Assembly: GCA_051362555.1 (NCBI GenBank)
Contig: CM120646.1
Location: 13,082,001 to 13,146,000 of the forward strand
DNA from: Lingula anatina
Taxonomy: Eukaryota > Animalia > Brachiopoda
Reading direction: 5' to 3'
DNA length: 64,000 bases
Position numbers and translations under genes: made by a program. The notes beneath the pieces were generated by a model, which was given only the letters and a program-made list of their open reading frames with translations, was not told the DNA's origin and did not search any database. Each line of letters opens with the position of its first letter. The first letter of the stretch is position 1. Positions 28,208-40,305 of this stretch are shown piece after piece.

Positions 28208-29454
28208 CATCCGGTGATGTATCGTTTCAGACGTACCAAAACTTGATGATGTACCGTGACGTCGGCAACGTTGTCGTCTGAGATGCCTGAAGTTATAGCT
28301 TCTTGTCGTTTTCTTATTCTTGGTTTTGATGCATACCTTTCAGTTTGAAAGAATATGACTTTGCAGATTTTTTTCTTCAACTGAAATAATAAATTATGGG
28401 GTTAATGAAATAACACCTAAATCTCGATTTTAGCTATTATCTTTTTTCTTCTTTTTACACAAAAACTGTTTTATCTGATCGTCTTGGATACACGAAACCA
28501 ATACGATATCCATCACTTTTCACGTTGTATACGTATAGTCTAATAGTATACTCTAATAGTATTAGAGAGAAAATTCCTTTTTGTTTGTGAAGATTAAAAA
28601 AAAAATTAATACCAAAACTTTTGATTTAAACTTATTTCACTTATTTTACCAGTTGTGCATTTGTAATGACATCTAGGTCCATACATATTAAAAGTGTAAT
28701 TTTATCTACAGGGGGTGACAAAAGCATTGCACCGTTTTGCTTGAAGGTGAACAACAGGTGAATTTTTGAGGTTTTTTCAATTAGGATTTTATTGAAATCT
28801 GTTATCGTTAGTTTCGGACAAATAAAGCTAGTTAGCGACATAATATTTCGCCCGAATTCATTGCTTACGACTAGTGTTGCCATGCCCATTAAATTCTCAT
28901 TATTCGACTGAAAATGAAAACTACATCTAAATACTGCAATAAAAATATTAAAATTACCCCGATGAGGTAAAATAAATTAATCCACTGTTAAGTATACCGA
29001 TAAACGACACGAGTTTAGCAAAAGGCTCAATTGTACATCAGAGTGATAAAAATGAGAAGGTTTTGTCATTAAATTTGCGTTAAAGCGCTATTATATAAAT
29101 TTATAAAACAGAAACGTGATATGTTGTCTTATATTGTAAGTATCATAACCTACTATATATGTAGGATCCCAGCTCATAATTGGATTTACATATTGTTAAT
29201 AACGAAGAAACAAACATAACTGAATGACTTATTTTAATAGACCATTAAAATAAAACAATGTATTGTTTGGGACTAGACGATAAAAAACAATCATTTGCGT
29301 CATATTAAGATGGAAAATTCGGAAAGGGTCTTGTCTTATAGTAAACGGCCACATCCAAACTAACAAAGATGAATGCCTTTTTTTAAGATGCATTAAAGCC
29401 CATCTCACTGCATGAAGTGTACTTGTTTTCCGGGCGAATTTTGAAACCAGTGCA

Positions 29455-30553
29455 ATGAAAAGAACCAGCAAACTCTACTTACTGTTGGAGGGCTTCTGGT
29501 TACGCTGTTTGTAACCTTTCTGCGGACACCTTCGACTACCAAAAAGACAGCAAGGAAGACACATGTAGAATACAATACGTTTACAATGGTGAACACAACC
29601 TCCACCACCAAAACAAGAGATTCGCCACAGTTTGTTTACCTTATTCAAGGTGCGTCGGTTCACCCTGTAAAAAATCTCATAGCAAAACCGAATCGGGAAA
29701 TAATATGGCTGACGCACAGGGACAAATCTGGGATATTTACCTCCCCAACAGCACCTTAGCTGAGGGTCGTTACCGACTACTGAAAGAAGCGGTAGACCGT
29801 GCGTCTGAGAAAAAAGATGGAGGCTATCTATACCACGTATTTCTCGATGACGATGTGCTTCTCAAATCTGTTCAAAGCGTAGGTTTGCGAACAAATTTAC
29901 CGGGAAACCCTTACGATCGCTATGAACTTTTTTATTGGATTTTCTGCCGGCAGTGGGTTACGCAAGACCAACATATTTTAAGACTAAGCCTAATGACACA
30001 GTGGGTATCACCTACAACCATTATCAACGCGTATCACCGTCACACACTTTCATTCCTGCTACCACTCGTTGAGGATTTAGATCACTTGTCTTGGTGGTTT
30101 CCACAATGGTTTGTCATTCATATTTCTGCGAAGTTTTATAATTCATACCGTATGTACACCCGCACTGTATATATGCAGAATCCTAGACCACATTGGAAGA
30201 ATAAGGTGAAGGGAGCGTACCCGGCCTCTGGCGATTTCATATTACCGCGAGATTATATGCGCACATGGTTTATTAAGGACACAATAGTTGATACCATGAA
30301 CATTGGCAACGTTTCTTCGTTACAAACTTTTAAAAAACCGGTGATGTATTCATTCATTAATGGAACGGCGAGGCGGAAAGGAAATATGGAGTACAGAGTT
30401 TCTACGGAGTTTATAACCACTGTATTCAATACGTCCCATCCGGCCATTAAGCGGATTTTGCGTTGGAGAAATCAGCCCAAAGTGAGGAAGATTCTCTATG
30501 GGGAGGACAAGGACGAACCTAAGTTCATCCCAGATGTCCTCCCCTTGCATTAA
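29455..30553 (+). pseudogene. Glycosyltransferase-like paralog 1 (GTL1), frameshifted pseudogene
   Basis: Collinear with the intact paralogs but with a frameshift near 29476, single-base losses near 29731 and 29930, an ~8-nt deletion near 30018 removing the conserved FDA, GRN changed to GRY, and the upstream acceptor mutated (TTTTCCGG versus TTTTGCAG in paralogs). Confidence 0.85.
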
Positions 30554-31817
30554 GTCATGCAATGCTGTTGACGTTATTTAGTGCTACATGTATTATTAAG
30601 TGCCTGCATGTAACTAGTAATGTAATGTTTCTGCATGCCGCCGACTACTTCAGTAAACCAACAGCCGTTTAGATGTTCGTAGTGGACAGTACAAGGTAAC
30701 TGTTAAGATGTCGTACGTATTTAATCTCCAGAATTATAATTATTTGTAAAGAAGCTTAAGAGTTTTGGTAGCACGATAAGTATTTTTTACTGTTTTATTT
30801 ACATGGTTTGGTGGTGCAACGGAGGAAGACAGATGGAAACATATTAACTGTTAGAAAAACCAAGTTATGATCTGTGACCTGTACACTACGGCAAGGTTGA
30901 ATATCATTCATTCTTGCGTGCTGAGCTGTTAATTTAATTTAATTATTTTTATTTTAATCTTTTTATTTTAATTTTTATGGGAATGTTTTAAGTTGCATTA
31001 TTTTTACAACAGATGTCATGAAATACATAAGCAAGTATAACTGCACTTAGTCGAGAATAATCTGAAGACTGACTGATTTTGTTCTTTTGGTCTTCATTCC
31101 CAAACCAAACGTAAAGACTGAAAGAAAAGTAAAATGAAATAAGTAACAGAATCACAAGTATAACGTAAACTTGAAAACATGAAAACTGGGTGCAAACACA
31201 AAAAGTGCAAAGAATATGGCCTAAAGTAACAAAAATAATACGGAGATAATGCTAAAATCTGAACGAAATACCTAGATAGCGTATAAGAAAAAGGAAATCA
31301 AAATGTTATCAGGAAGTTAAGTCGAAGAAGTTACCTTAACGTTGAACGAAACAAAACTTGTTTCTCGACCAAATGTACAAGCGTTATAAAACCCACTCTA
31401 CTGATGCACGGCGCAGAAGTAGAGTGAAGTTTGAAAGCAAGCCTTATAATATACGGTTAGATAGAGAGTACTGCTTACTAGTATTTTGGTTGGGGCAGAG
31501 GCATGTGACTATGCAATAAGTACTGTGTTGTGCTCCGTAACGTTTTAATTAGGAGGGGCAGAGAGAAGAAAGAGCAAGTATAAAGGGCAGACGCCAAACA
31601 CATTCGTAACAGGATGTAGGCATCTCACCTGAACATATACTATCACCAAAAAATACATCCAAAAGAACATGTTTATTCCGTTTAATTAAAGAAAAAAGAG
31701 GAATAGAAATAGAAGTTATTGAGAAAAAATACAAAATCAAAAAAAAAAAAAGTAAAATAAATAAATAAAAAATAAAAATAAAATAATAATAATAATAATA
31801 ATAATATGAGGAGTGGA

Positions 31818-32420
31818 AACCAGCACAGATATATGCTACATGTATAATGTTAATCCCAATAAATTGATGATAGTTGTCTGGGAATGAGAAAACTCAATAA
31901 AATTCAATCAAATGACGGCCAGTTATTTTCATATCCGTGCATTAAGTTACAAGCTGGCCTTAATGCATGTAGCAATTTGTTTTTATATTGTTTAAATTAC
32001 AAGTTAGTCGCTCGTTCGCCCACAGGTAAACATCGTTAACTCCCAATTAATCTGGCGTATATACACTATTGAAGTCCGGTAGACCGTGCGTTGTCCACCT
32101 TTTGTGCCCGAAAAAGCGTACGGGGTTAGGATCGGAGTATGTAAAGGTTTATACGCTGTAGTTCACATATCGAGCCGATTTATTAAAAATCTCTTTGTCC
32201 TATCTAGGTCATATTGACCAATGTATTACATTTATTGTGTTGAAGCAAACCACGTGATATTAGAACTCTACAGCCTGGCAGTGGCGCGATAGTTTATATT
32301 TTGTTCACCTTTAATTTGCACGCATCGCTACAAGGCCAGGGTAGACCTACGATACGGAGGGCTACAAACAAACTTAATAATATAAAAGGTGAGGGTCGGT
32401 ATGCTTAGTTATAAATTTTA
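31818..32420 (+). repeat. Duplicated relic of sulfatase 2 intron 13 + exon 14, upstream of GTL2
   Basis: Homologous to 26245-26880. The 54-nt exon copy at 32335-32388 (CTACAAG|GCCAGGGTAGACCT...AATATAAAAG|GTGAG) retains both splice sites. Confidence 0.85.
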
Positions 32421-33559
32421 AAAATACGCTGATGGAAAAAGAGAACATTTATGCAGTGGCAAATTGTTGAGCCTAGATTGCATTTGCCACGGGCTCTGGA
32501 TAAAAGCGTATAGATTTTCCATACACTTTTTTTCTCTTCACTGCTCGAGACGAGCGTCTTAGTTCATTTTTTTTTCACGGTGCCTTTAAAATCGCTCGCC
32601 TCACTTGCGAACTCTTTGCAAAATCCTTGTGAGGGGGGCAAGTTACACTTGCGTCCTCCCTATTCGCCGAGAATTCGTACTTAAGGATTCTCGTGGGTTA
32701 TTTACACAGTATTCGCGCATTTTTCCTCATATTATTATTCATGCCTTTAAACTCTCTTTTCCTTCCCCTCTTTGTTGGTTTTAAGAGGCATAGTAGTAGT
32801 GGAATGTATTAATTTTTTAAGCTTGAAGATGTGCTTTATACGCTGTAGTTCACATATCGAGCCGATGTCTTCCTGTCTTGTTATTACGACGATCTTGATA
32901 AGTTTGTACGATTATCTCTTAATTTATCTTTCTCTTTGTACCTTCTTTGTAACGTACAGGGCTAGTCTTTATGACAACACATATGGCACGCCGTGGTTTA
33001 GTGAAATTTCTTATGGCGCTTGTCTTTAACGTGAACGTTGTTTTTAAATCTTTTGCCATAGCTCTTTCTTTAAGTCTGACGTTTCATTTTACAAAATTGG
33101 CAATAGTGACAACATCTAATTCCATGTTAAATGACTTATAATTTTACCTTTTCCACTAAAACCACCAAAAATTAATAAGAGTGACTATACATGTAATACG
33201 TTAGCAATGCATGGTGAGCATCTCATTTACACACAAAACAAGCAATTTGATCTAAATCTCGTCTGGTCGTGTGGGGTTCAAGAGACCATAACTGTATTAA
33301 TTATCTTATTCTGTGCACTTGATTTTAAATTGTACGCGTCTTAATTGTCATAAATATGATAATAGGTTGGACTCATTTCTACGTACATGTAGACCGATCC
33401 AACTCCGCGGTTACTCTCGTTGAATGCAATCAGTTTAACAGATTAACATCATAAACCATTTTCACCTCGGCGTTTCTTTATGGGAATTGGTGACTTGACG
33501 CTTTTGTTCTTTCAAAAGTCCACTGCTACTTCTTTTGTTATGCTAGTACATTTTCCTTC

Positions 33560-33780
33560 GAGTGTCAGGCCTAGTGCAGGCATCGACGATCATGGTTCTT
33601 CAGTTTACTCTATTTTCAGTCGATTGGATGACCTCGTTGTTGGACAGTCGTTGATTTGTTGCAAGGGAGTAAGGGTGTCAGTGTTCTTTGTTTTCCTCTA
33701 CTTCCTCTTCCTTTAATTTTCCATCAGGGAATACGTTTTGCTATTCCGTCTTTTCTGGTGGTATGGTCCATAGATTTCAT
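33560..33780 (-). mobile_element. 3' fragment of an RTE-clade LINE
   Basis: The minus strand reads GKIKGRGSRGKQR, resembling the RTE C-terminal GK.EG.R.RGR.R motif, followed by an ATGATCGTCGATGCCTGC...CCTGACAC tail. Confidence 0.5.
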
Positions 33781-34015
33781 TGGTCTTTTTCTGATTGTTT
33801 TCATCAGTGATCACTGTACCCCTGCAAGTTGAAAACAATTAATTAGTGTAATATTACCTAGAAAAAATTTGGAAAACATTATCTTACCTGTGGCTGTAGT
33901 AAAAATCCATATCCAAATTAACATACATGAATGCCTCAATTCTTTTAAGATGAATTAAATGCATCACATAGTAATAATAGCATATGTTTTGCAGACGAAT
34001 TTTGATGCCAGTGCA

Positions 34016-35122
34016 ATGCAAATGACACGCAGACTCTGGCTTCTTGTTGTTGGAGGGCTTTTGGTTACGCTGTTTATAAACCTACTATGGTCACCCTCGC
34101 CCACCAAAGAGACGATAAGGAAGAGTGAATATAAGACGTTAACAACGGGGAGCACAACATTTACCACCAAACCAAAAGATTCGCCACAATTTGTTTACCT
34201 TATTCAAGGTGCGTCGGTTCACCCTGTAAAAAATCTCATCGCAACACCAAATCGGGAAATAATATGGCTGACGTACAGGGACAAATCTGGGAATATTTAC
34301 TTCCCCAATAGCAGCTTAGCTGAGGGTCGTAACCGACTACTGAAAGAAGCAGTAGACCGTGCGTCTGAGAAAAAAGATGGAGGCTATCTATACTACGTAT
34401 TTCTCGATGACGATGTGGTAGTCGAATGTATTCATACTGCGGGCTTGCAAAAAAACTTACCGGACAACCCTTACGATCGCTTTGAACTTTTTCTACTGGA
34501 TTTTCTGCCGGCAGTGGGTTACCCAAGACACAAGTACTTTAAGACTAAGCCTAATGACACAGTGAGCATTAGTTATAACTTTGATGCTATTATCAACGCC
34601 TATCACCGTCACACACTTTCGTTCATGCCGCCACTCGTAGAGGATTTAGATCACTTGTCATGGTGGTTTCCACAGTGGTTTGTCATTCACACTTCTGCGA
34701 TGTTTTATAATTCATATCGTATGTACAGCCACGCCGTATACATGGAGAACCCAAGACCGCACGGGGTTAACAAGGCGAAAGGTGCCTACACCGATTCTAG
34801 CAATTTCAAGATTCCACAAGATTACATGCGCTCATGGCTGATCAAGGACAAGACAGTTGACACTATTCAAATAGGCCGAGTTTCATTGTTAGAAACTTTT
34901 AAGAAACCAGCCATATATTGGCATGTTAAAGGGAAAGCAAGTCGGAAAGAAAATATGGAATACAGGGTTTCTACGGAGTTCATAACCACTGTATTCAATA
35001 CGTCCCATCCTGCAGTTCAGCGGATTTTGCAGTGGAGGAATCAGCCCAAAGTGAGGAAGATTCTCTATGGGGAGGACAAGGATGAACCTAAGTTTATCCC
35101 AGATGTCTTTCCCTTGCAATAA
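34016..35122 (+). CDS. Glycosyltransferase-like type II membrane protein GTL2 (368 aa, single coding exon)
   Basis: Short cytosolic N-terminus, TM helix (LWLLVVGGLLVTLFINLLW), S/T-rich stem, then FPNSSLAEGRNRLL...YLYYVFLDDD (GT-A/GT2-like DxD context). A splice acceptor TTTTGCAG at 33987-33994 precedes the ATG, so the ORF extension from 33959 is probably intronic. Confidence 0.85.
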   Translation: MQMTRRLWLLVVGGLLVTLFINLLWSPSPTKETIRKSEYKTLTTGSTTFTTKPKDSPQFVYLIQGASVHPVKNLIATPNREIIWLTYRDKSGNIYFPNSSLAEGRNRLLKEAVDRASEKKDGGYLYYVFLDDDVVVECIHTAGLQKNLPDNPYDRFELFLLDFLPAVGYPRHKYFKTKPNDTVSISYNFDAIINAYHRHTLSFMPPLVEDLDHLSWWFPQWFVIHTSAMFYNSYRMYSHAVYMENPRPHGVNKAKGAYTDSSNFKIPQDYMRSWLIKDKTVDTIQIGRVSLLETFKKPAIYWHVKGKASRKENMEYRVSTEFITTVFNTSHPAVQRILQWRNQPKVRKILYGEDKDEPKFIPDVFPLQ

Positions 35123-36899
35123 TTAATTTAATGCTTTTTTAAAACTCTTATGACCCATGCATTTGGTGCTATTACATGTAACAACATGTATACGCTACAC
35201 CCCCCACGAATATTCTCTTTGTTCTTAGAGTTGGTGTCGAGTAATTTTCCCAGATGATATTTGCTTGAAACAAGTTTGATTCACGGTTTCATTTTATTTC
35301 GATTCCTAGCTGTAACACTTCTTCAATCAATCCCAATTTATTAATTTATTCAGACTTCCGATAAGACGCATATCAACACATATAAATTTAGTTTCGGTGT
35401 TAAACTTTGGTTAACTTTAGTGAACTAAAACTGTATATATTCCTTTAAATATTATACCTTTGTTAAAGAACAAATAATTCGGCAATTATCTGTAGTTAAA
35501 TAAACTATAGAATTATCCTACTAATAGTGTTAAGCGTTTGTTATCTTCTTTTATTGTCCAATTTGTTAACATAATTTTAATAAGAATTTTTATTTAAATG
35601 AACCGTCTTTAACCTGTTTTCCACAAATCACCACAGTACGTTATTTAGACTGGCTAAAATATCAACGCTTTGTACAATTATGCCCTACGCTTTGTGTATT
35701 TATACTCACCGGTGCATGAGCACCGCGATGTTCCTTTATTGCTACCTGTTGATTTGCCTGTGGGATTTTCATAAAAATGAATCCGTTTCTGACAATACTT
35801 CCAATCCATCACATCTGGTTGCGAGCTCACTTATTAGATTGTATAAAAATCAATATTATATGCATCACACCTGATATCACAAGGCCTCCAAACTCATTCA
35901 TGTTTCACCGCCATTTTGCCAATTTGATTTCGGAGACAGCTAATGAAAGTACAGGAGTTGGGTAGGATGGGCTCTCATCTTTGGATAACACAAACTGTAA
36001 TACTGCTACGGAAATTCCCAGGTTCTTTGTCATCCTTAACTTCAACAGAATGTATTTTGCTTAATTTAAAGTAAAATGTTACAATAATGATCAAATCCAA
36101 GCTTCAATCCAGACTACTCTTCTCCCCTTGTAGTCTCTCTCTAGTCCCTTTTAAGGTTTAAGTTCACCGATTTTATGCTTGATTTTATCAGTTATCAATC
36201 ATAAACTGACAGGTTAATTCAAGGTCGCCCCCTCATGATGGGCATTTCCAATAAATGCATGCAATCCAGCTATAGGGATAACCATCTTGAAACAAAGAAC
36301 ATTAAAAATCGAACTTCTAGATGTGAAATATTATCTAAAGCTACTTATACATCTTAGCTTCCCGTGTGTGAATTTTATCAGACAGATTAATGCTGATTGA
36401 ATTAATACGACATCATGTATGCAACATTTAAAATATAAAGTACATTTTTTTAATACTGTGGTCCCTGACAATGTGAAATACTTATATTAATATTTAGGCA
36501 AAGGAATAATAACTTTTACTACACAGAATCTCTTTCCTATTGCTTCTTCCGCCAGTGCCATTCCTTTATTAGTTTTTAAGGGTAATAAACGATTTTTATG
36601 TAGCTTTTTTTTAAGCCGCATCCCTTTTTAATGCAAAGTCTTAAACTAGTTTTAAGCACACATTTTTTACTGTTTTAATACAAGGACGTTTTTACAGAGC
36701 TTTTATTTTCCGATGTTATATATATTTTCTTTGCTAAATACACTTTTATTTTATCTCATCTTATCTTGTTCCACACCCGCTTTTGCACATGGGGTGGCAA
36801 AGCATTAATCGCCAATTTTGCTGCTTTATAAAGTGGTATGCAACTAAGAAAATAATTATCATGAAAATTGGCATGATTGAAGACCAGGGTCTGAACTAC

Positions 36900-37230
36900 A
36901 CTGTACAAATATATTGATCCGTATTCAATAAAAGCGTCACAACTCCTTTCCATATGGTCTCTTGTTCTACCGACACGTAACCAACAGACCGTTTAGCATT
37001 CACTCTTTGTACCCATGAAAGGTGCGTGGTAAAAGGTTCAAATTGCTTGAAATTGGTGTTCATGGGATTTGACGTGCAATATACCTGTCATATGATGTCG
37101 TCTTTTCTTCACATTACGTACATTTGCACACGCCACTTTACCAGACCAACGCAAGCTTATGATGATGAGAGATAGAATTTATTATACTTATTCTATAACA
37201 TTAAAGGTGAAGATGCTTTAGTTTTTTTCA
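36900..37230 (+). repeat. Diverged relic of sulfatase 2 intron 13 / exon 14, upstream of GTL3
   Basis: ATTTGCACACGCC...GAGATAGAATTT...CTATAACATTAAAG|GTGAAG, with the donor at 37207. Confidence 0.7.
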
Positions 37231-37730
37231 AACAAGGCAATCATTTGTCACAAAGATTTAAATGGAAAAGTTAACTTCCACTTCAGATTAAGATGAATTT
37301 TTTTCTGACATTTTTTTTTTCTGTAAAGACGTTATTGCCCTTACGGACGGTGCATGTACATTTAGGTTAAGCTTTGGACACAGGAAGGTAGGCTTAGCTT
37401 TTTTTCTCTGATTAATTGTGGCTTTCGAGATAGTGCTGCTCTACTGTTTGTAGCATGTCAAATCATTTTCTGTGAAATTGCTTGTGTTCATGAAAGCAAA
37501 CTTGTTACGATCGGATGTCTGAAAAACTCAGTTTTATCCATTTAGTGTCAAAGGATGGACATTAATCAGTACTCGATTTCCTTCGCTTTCTTGCCAGTGC
37601 TACCTTGCTACCAGTAGTACTATTTGCAAAAGTAAAAAGCATAATTTGAATCTCCGCAGCAATGAACTTTTTAAGTTGTACATGATGAATCAAAGCAAAT
37701 CAATTAACTTGACGTTAAAGAACGTAATCA

Positions 37731-38027
37731 TCTTAGAGAGTATTCAGAACAAGGTCCGCGGACTAACTAATCCGCGGATCAAATATGGCTGACCATATTG
37801 AAGCAGAGCCGACTAATCCACTGATAGTCCCCCCGCCTCCTCACCTGCCATCCCTGCAGGGGTCTAGCAATTAAACTTTGGAGCCATGATTTAATCCGTT
37901 TAATGGCGCATGCGGAGGGGGGGGGGAGACCATCACTGGATTAGTCGGCTCTTCTTTTATGTCGGGTCAGTCCTATTTAGTCCGCGGATCTGTAAGTCCA
38001 CAGATCATCTGTTCTGAATATTCTAAG
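37731..38027. mobile_element. Palindromic MITE (duplicated at ~61465-61745)
   Basis: TCTTAGAGAGTATTCAGAACA...TGTTCTGAATATTCTAAGA, with inner inverted repeats AGAGCCGACTAATCCA / TGGATTAGTCGGCTCT. Confidence 0.75.
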
Positions 38028-38303
38028 ATGCCTTGAATCATAGCTAATATCTTTTTTAAAATGAAGATTTGCTGTTCACCCTGCACTTACTTGTTGGTTG
38101 GATCGCTCAGTTTAAACTGTGTTTTGTTAGGCAGGTGACATTAAACAATGTTGGTTCATATTAGCCTAATGGAATATGGAAGAGAAAGGGCCACCTTTCT
38201 CTATAATAAAAGTCCATTCCCATACTATCATATATTATTGCACCTGCAAGTACATGTAGTAAATGTTTCAAAGATTAAAATTCATCACCTCGTAATAAGC
38301 ATG

Positions 38304-38358
<55 letters not shown>

Positions 38359-38516
38359 CTACTACTAATAATAATAATGTTTATTTGCAACGTAAAAGTT
38401 GGACTGTACAATAATATAAATAGCTAAATTCGCTAAATGAGAATAAAATCAATAAAATTGTTCATTAATAGTGTTAAGATGAAAAAAAACAAGGTACTCT
38501 GAGAATATTTAAAATA

Positions 38517-40178
38517 CAGACTTGACATTTAATATGGAATATTTTTTTCCAAATCATTTTTTATTAGTTTTTTCCTATTTTGCTGACTAATAAATGAAAA
38601 TAAGGATTAAAATCGTGTTTTAATAACTTTTAATTATCTCTTTGATGTCATTGTGACATCAGTTCATTAATGGAATTCACCAGAGAAGCAAACAAAAACA
38701 CATTGTCTATTCTATGTCATACGAAAACCATTAAAAGAGATATTTTGGACCTCCATATTTTCCAAATTATTGTCTGTAAAAGAGTTACACACTCCACAAA
38801 GGACTCTCATGTCAGTGTCTAGTCACAGCAGTGGTCGCTGTTACGCCTGTCCTCTTCTGGCTGCTACCAGCGCTCTCAAGTGGCAAGGCATTCCTTGGGA
38901 TAGGTTTTTAAAGTTTAATCTGAAATAGCATTCCAGGCACCGGTCAAAATCTGCCCAATTTGGTTCCGTTTTGTTGTAGGACATGTAGGCCATTGATTCG
39001 GCCAGTAATAGCCTACCCACATATTGTCTGTGTGGTTCAAATATGGTGATTTTGATGACCAAGGTAGCTGCTCATTCCCTTGGTTCTGTAAGTAATCTGC
39101 TATTAAAAGTGCTCTGTGTGAACGGGCAATCTCACCGTGCCACCTAAAATTGTTCCTAAGTTGCCCCCTATCAAATGATAGCCAAGTGGTTCCCAGATTA
39201 TTTCTTTATTTGATCTGGTTCAGGTTTTCGTTGATTACTACCAGTGGTGTTTTGGCACCAATATGGTATCCACTCCAAATACTGACGCTGTTAATGACTT
39301 TAGTCACTTTAGACGCGGCACACGCTTCGTCGTTGGCCTCTTCTGGATGTCTGTAAACTCTGTTTTGACTGTTGAGTGGTACAGGTGAAATCTGACCTCA
39401 ACAAAGAAAGCCACGAGATTTCAGGGTTCAACCCAGAAACAGTCAAGGTCTCCAATTCATTAGAGAAACATACAGCGATGTTTTGCTGTTTACAGTGGGT
39501 TCCTCGGAGGTCGTCTGGTATTCTAACCTGCTAAAACCAGTTTGGTGTTCGCTAAGGGCCTTGAAAAATGCGTTTTGGTGGCAATTTACCCCTCATTCTG
39601 AACAGACTGGGTGGTTTTTGTTTAGTTGCAACAGCATATCCCGAAAGACAGTGGGTCCTGTACCCTGGTGGTAAGATTTCAATACATAGGGTGTGGTCTC
39701 TGTGTAGGTACATCAGTCTGGGCATTACTCTATAAAACTGTGCGGACCGTTTCTTTTGGCACAATTATCTGTCTGGCAATGCCTGTCTTTTTCGCGCCAT
39801 TCTGCCACAGATTAACAAATTTGTAAAGCACTGCATAGCTCATTTTACACACTGCAAACCCGACCACTTGCATGCAAAATTTCAAATTCTTCTATGCAGT
39901 AGTTGCCGACATATGGATAGTTTTTTGACAGAACCATGCTTTGCCAAAGCCAAGCCTTGACCTGCCCAAAGGAGCACTACCAAATTAAATCACTGCATAT
40001 TACATAATGCAGCAGCGCAACAAACCTGGTATTCAGTTAATTGGTAGCGACACACCTGACTACACACTTCTCCATTCACATATCTTATATGAGATCGGAG
40101 TTTGTGAAAAAAGAACGCATTTTCACCTAGGCATACCTTCGAAACTGAAATATTCCATATTTAAAAATGTCAAGTCTG
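38517..40178 (-). mobile_element. Degenerate Tc1/mariner element with TA target-site duplication
   Basis: TA|CAGACTTGACATTT...AAATGTCAAGTCTG|TA with ~29-bp TIRs; absent at the paralogous site near 62660. The minus-strand remnant GMPCHLRALVAARRGQA resembles the Tc1 C-terminal SMPRRL.AVI.A.GG.T. Confidence 0.85.
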
Positions 40179-40305
40179 TACATTAAACTAAAGATTCATT
40201 TGAAAACACACTGACCGTTAGATCAGCTTTTAAAAAGATTCAGTATCTTTGAAGATCTAAAATTTCCCAATGCATGTTTTGCAGGCGATTCTTCCTACCG
40301 AGGGC

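Noticed and set aside
26811-29460. In-frame sulfatase-glycosyltransferase fusion protein
   Set aside because: Joining the phase-1 donor to the GT acceptor position gives a stop within three codons (GAA TTT TGA) in GTL1/GTL2 and is out of frame in GTL3/GTL5, so the shared exon could only be UTR.
33959-34015. N-terminal ORF extensions of the GT-like genes (also from 40270, 54090 and 62742)
   Set aside because: They run across the splice acceptor or non-homologous upstream DNA; the downstream ATG is the one aligned across paralogs.
34236-35119. Antisense ORFs conserved across GT paralogs
   Set aside because: Shadows of the sense-strand conservation, with no independent motifs.
39552-39826. Gypsy integrase-like RQIIVPK stretch
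   Set aside because: It lies inside the TA-flanked Tc1-type TIR element, and the similarity is too short to support.
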